Virus record (IMG/VR): IMGVR_UViG_3300033067_000076
Location: 1 to 25,139 of that record
Source: a virus
Taxonomy: Duplodnaviria; Caudoviricetes
Strand: one strand, 5' to 3'
DNA length: 25,139 nucleotides
Shown here: positions 24,076 through 25,139 of the stretch, in pieces
Position numbering within the stretch: position 1 is the stretch's first letter
How the letters are laid out: each line of letters opens with the position of its first letter
Translations under genes and position numbers: made by a program
The notes under the pieces: generated by a model
The model's database searches: none
What the model was told of the DNA's origin: nothing
The model's input: the letters and a program-made list of their open reading frames with translations, nothing else

Positions 24076-24738
24076 TTACCTATTTCTTAGGTAATTTCCT
24101 AGGTTGCCCTGAAAGATTTTATAGCCAACATGACCCATTTCAATTTCAGGGTCAACCCAAACCTGACCGCCAATCTTACGCCAGCGGATGCAGAAACTGT
24201 AATCTTCACCCCATTTGTAACCATCTTCAAAAACATGGTCAAACAATGGATAAAACTGTTTATCACGTTCGGCTGTGTAGAAATGACGTTCTGGGTATTC
24301 AGCAATCATGCGCTCAATACAGTTGCGGCTTATCTTCATAAACCCTGTTGGCACAGATTTGACTTCCAAAAGACCAGTGGCAGGGTCTGCCCATAGTTCT
24401 TTTTTGTCAAGATAGTGGAGTTGGTAGGTGATAGGGTCACGGCGACCAGGGTAGATGCCTGCAACCAAATCAACAGGAGCGTCAACCAGCTTAAGCAAAG
24501 CACCAGCCTCCCAAGTGACGTCTGAATCAATGAAGATTAGTTCATCGCAGTCAGATTCCCAAAAGCGGGTGGCAATTACGCCACGACTGTCAGCAATTAG
24601 GGCATTACCAATATCGTCAACCAATGTGAACCTGTCGCCCCTTTTGACCAGTTCAATGGTGTCGTTGATTAGAGAACGCATTGTTCCCATGTGAACCACG
24701 CCCGTGTATGCGGGAATGGCAATCATTATGTGTTTCAC
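24076..24738 (-). CDS. GT-A fold (GT2-like) glycosyltransferase
   Basis: IMIAIPAY, LIADSR, LIFIDSD (DxD), PTGFMKISR, GEDYSFC.RWR..GG..WVD and GHVG. GTG start after GAAGGA. Confidence 0.8.
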   Translation of the reverse strand: MKHIMIAIPAYTGVVHMGTMRSLINDTIELVKRGDRFTLVDDIGNALIADSRGVIATRFWESDCDELIFIDSDVTWEAGALLKLVDAPVDLVAGIYPGRRDPITYQLHYLDKKELWADPATGLLEVKSVPTGFMKISRNCIERMIAEYPERHFYTAERDKQFYPLFDHVFEDGYKWGEDYSFCIRWRKIGGQVWVDPEIEMGHVGYKIFQGNLGNYLRNR

Positions 24739-24752
24739 TCTTTTTCCTTCAC

Positions 24753-24788
24753 AAAAAGAAACGCCACCCGATTTTACTCAGGTGGCGT
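24753..24788 (-). terminator. Rho-independent terminator after the decoration-like gene
   Basis: ACGCCACCTGA-GTAAAA-TCGGGTGGCGT hairpin followed by TTCTTTTT. Confidence 0.8.
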
Positions 24789-24805
24789 AAAGGCAACCGC
24801 AAAAA

Positions 24806-25039
24806 TTAAGCTGTAACGCCGATGTTTTGCAGTGCTGTGATGATAGCGTTAGTTGCTGCAACGAATTCAGCAGTTGTAGGGGCAGCGGTCAATGCTGTGA
24901 TTGCGCCTGCTTGAACAACTGGAGTTTCGCCATAGAAACCGACTTTGCCACCAGCGATGCCGAGCAATACGCCATCAGCGGCGCTACCGTTAAGCAAATA
25001 AACTGGGGTTTGGGTGGATGCTGGTCCTGGATTAGACAT
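24806..25039 (-). CDS. Putative capsid decoration/head fibre protein
   Basis: KVGFYG.TPVVQ...NAIITALQNIG. Directly after the coat gene, with TAAGGA RBS. Confidence 0.6.
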   Translation of the reverse strand: MSNPGPASTQTPVYLLNGSAADGVLLGIAGGKVGFYGETPVVQAGAITALTAAPTTAEFVAATNAIITALQNIGVTA

Positions 25040-25065
25040 GATGTTTTCCTTAAAAAGAATGATTT

Positions 25066-25088
25066 AGAAATGGGGGGCGAACCCCCCA
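25066..25088 (-). terminator. UUCG hairpin after the coat gene (weak terminator or stabilizer)
   Basis: TGGGGGG-TTCG-CCCCCCA followed by TTTCT. Confidence 0.65.
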
Positions 25089-25095
25089 AGACTGA

Positions 25096-25139
25096 TTAGG
25101 ATGCAACGCGGCAAGCCAATTCAGGGTACAGAGGAGCCC
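25096..25139 (-). CDS. 3' end of major capsid protein (P22 coat-like), partial
   Basis: ...APLYPELACRVAS* resembles the C-terminus of P22-type coat proteins. Position fits, but only 13 sense codons are visible. Confidence 0.65.
   Translation of the reverse strand, partial: APLYPELACRVAS

Larger units (their letters stand above)
1..25139. mobile_element. Bacteriophage genome segment (Caudoviricetes; P22-like podovirus structural module, lambdoid-style early region)
   Basis: Continuous phage gene content in canonical order: coat end, adaptor, nozzle, ejection proteins, lysis, recombination, Cro, replication initiator, NinB-like. Dense ATGA-coupled small ORFs. No host housekeeping genes or att/integrase visible. 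Confidence 0.96.

Noticed and set aside
9500-25099. Numerous plus-strand and alternative-frame ORFs of 60-160 aa within the structural genes
   Set aside because: Shadow ORFs of long minus-strand genes with no RBS or recognisable motifs.

Overview
The whole window is a fragment of a tailed dsDNA bacteriophage genome; I see no host genes, tRNA/rRNA, CRISPR array, integrase or reverse transcriptase. The layout is lambdoid in the early genes and P22-like (podovirus) in the structural genes. (i) 1-5236, minus strand: cro-like HTH, MazG-like pyrophosphatase, HNH nuclease, replication initiator, a tightly coupled string of small accessory ORFs, PD-(D/E)XK nuclease, DUF6378-like protein and a NinB-like gene cut by the window edge. 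(ii) 5243-5326: divergent promoter region with Cro but no CI-like repressor. (iii) 5372-8804, plus strand: Sak/DUF1071-like annealing protein, YqaJ-like exonuclease, SSB-like protein, wHTH protein and small ORFs. (iv) 8801-25139, minus strand: 3' end of a P22-type coat gene, decoration-like protein, GT-A glycosyltransferase, tail fibres, HNH-AP2 endonuclease, gp4-like adaptor, a cluster of short fibre/tip proteins, gp10-like nozzle, cupin-like protein, three ejection proteins, collar protein, holin-like genes and an M15 endolysin. About ten plausible small genes are missing from the supplied ORF track and were translated by hand. The most interesting signals are reading-frame- and RBS-preserving 25-35 bp direct repeats that bracket gene and domain cassettes, two candidate structured RNAs (4667-4768 and 7281-7363), a possible 'socket-and-plug' set of tail-fibre parts, one beta-module grafted into both adaptor and nozzle (one copy with a nested insert), and a glycosyltransferase inside the virion operon. 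Family calls come from motif recognition and gene order only; no searches were run.
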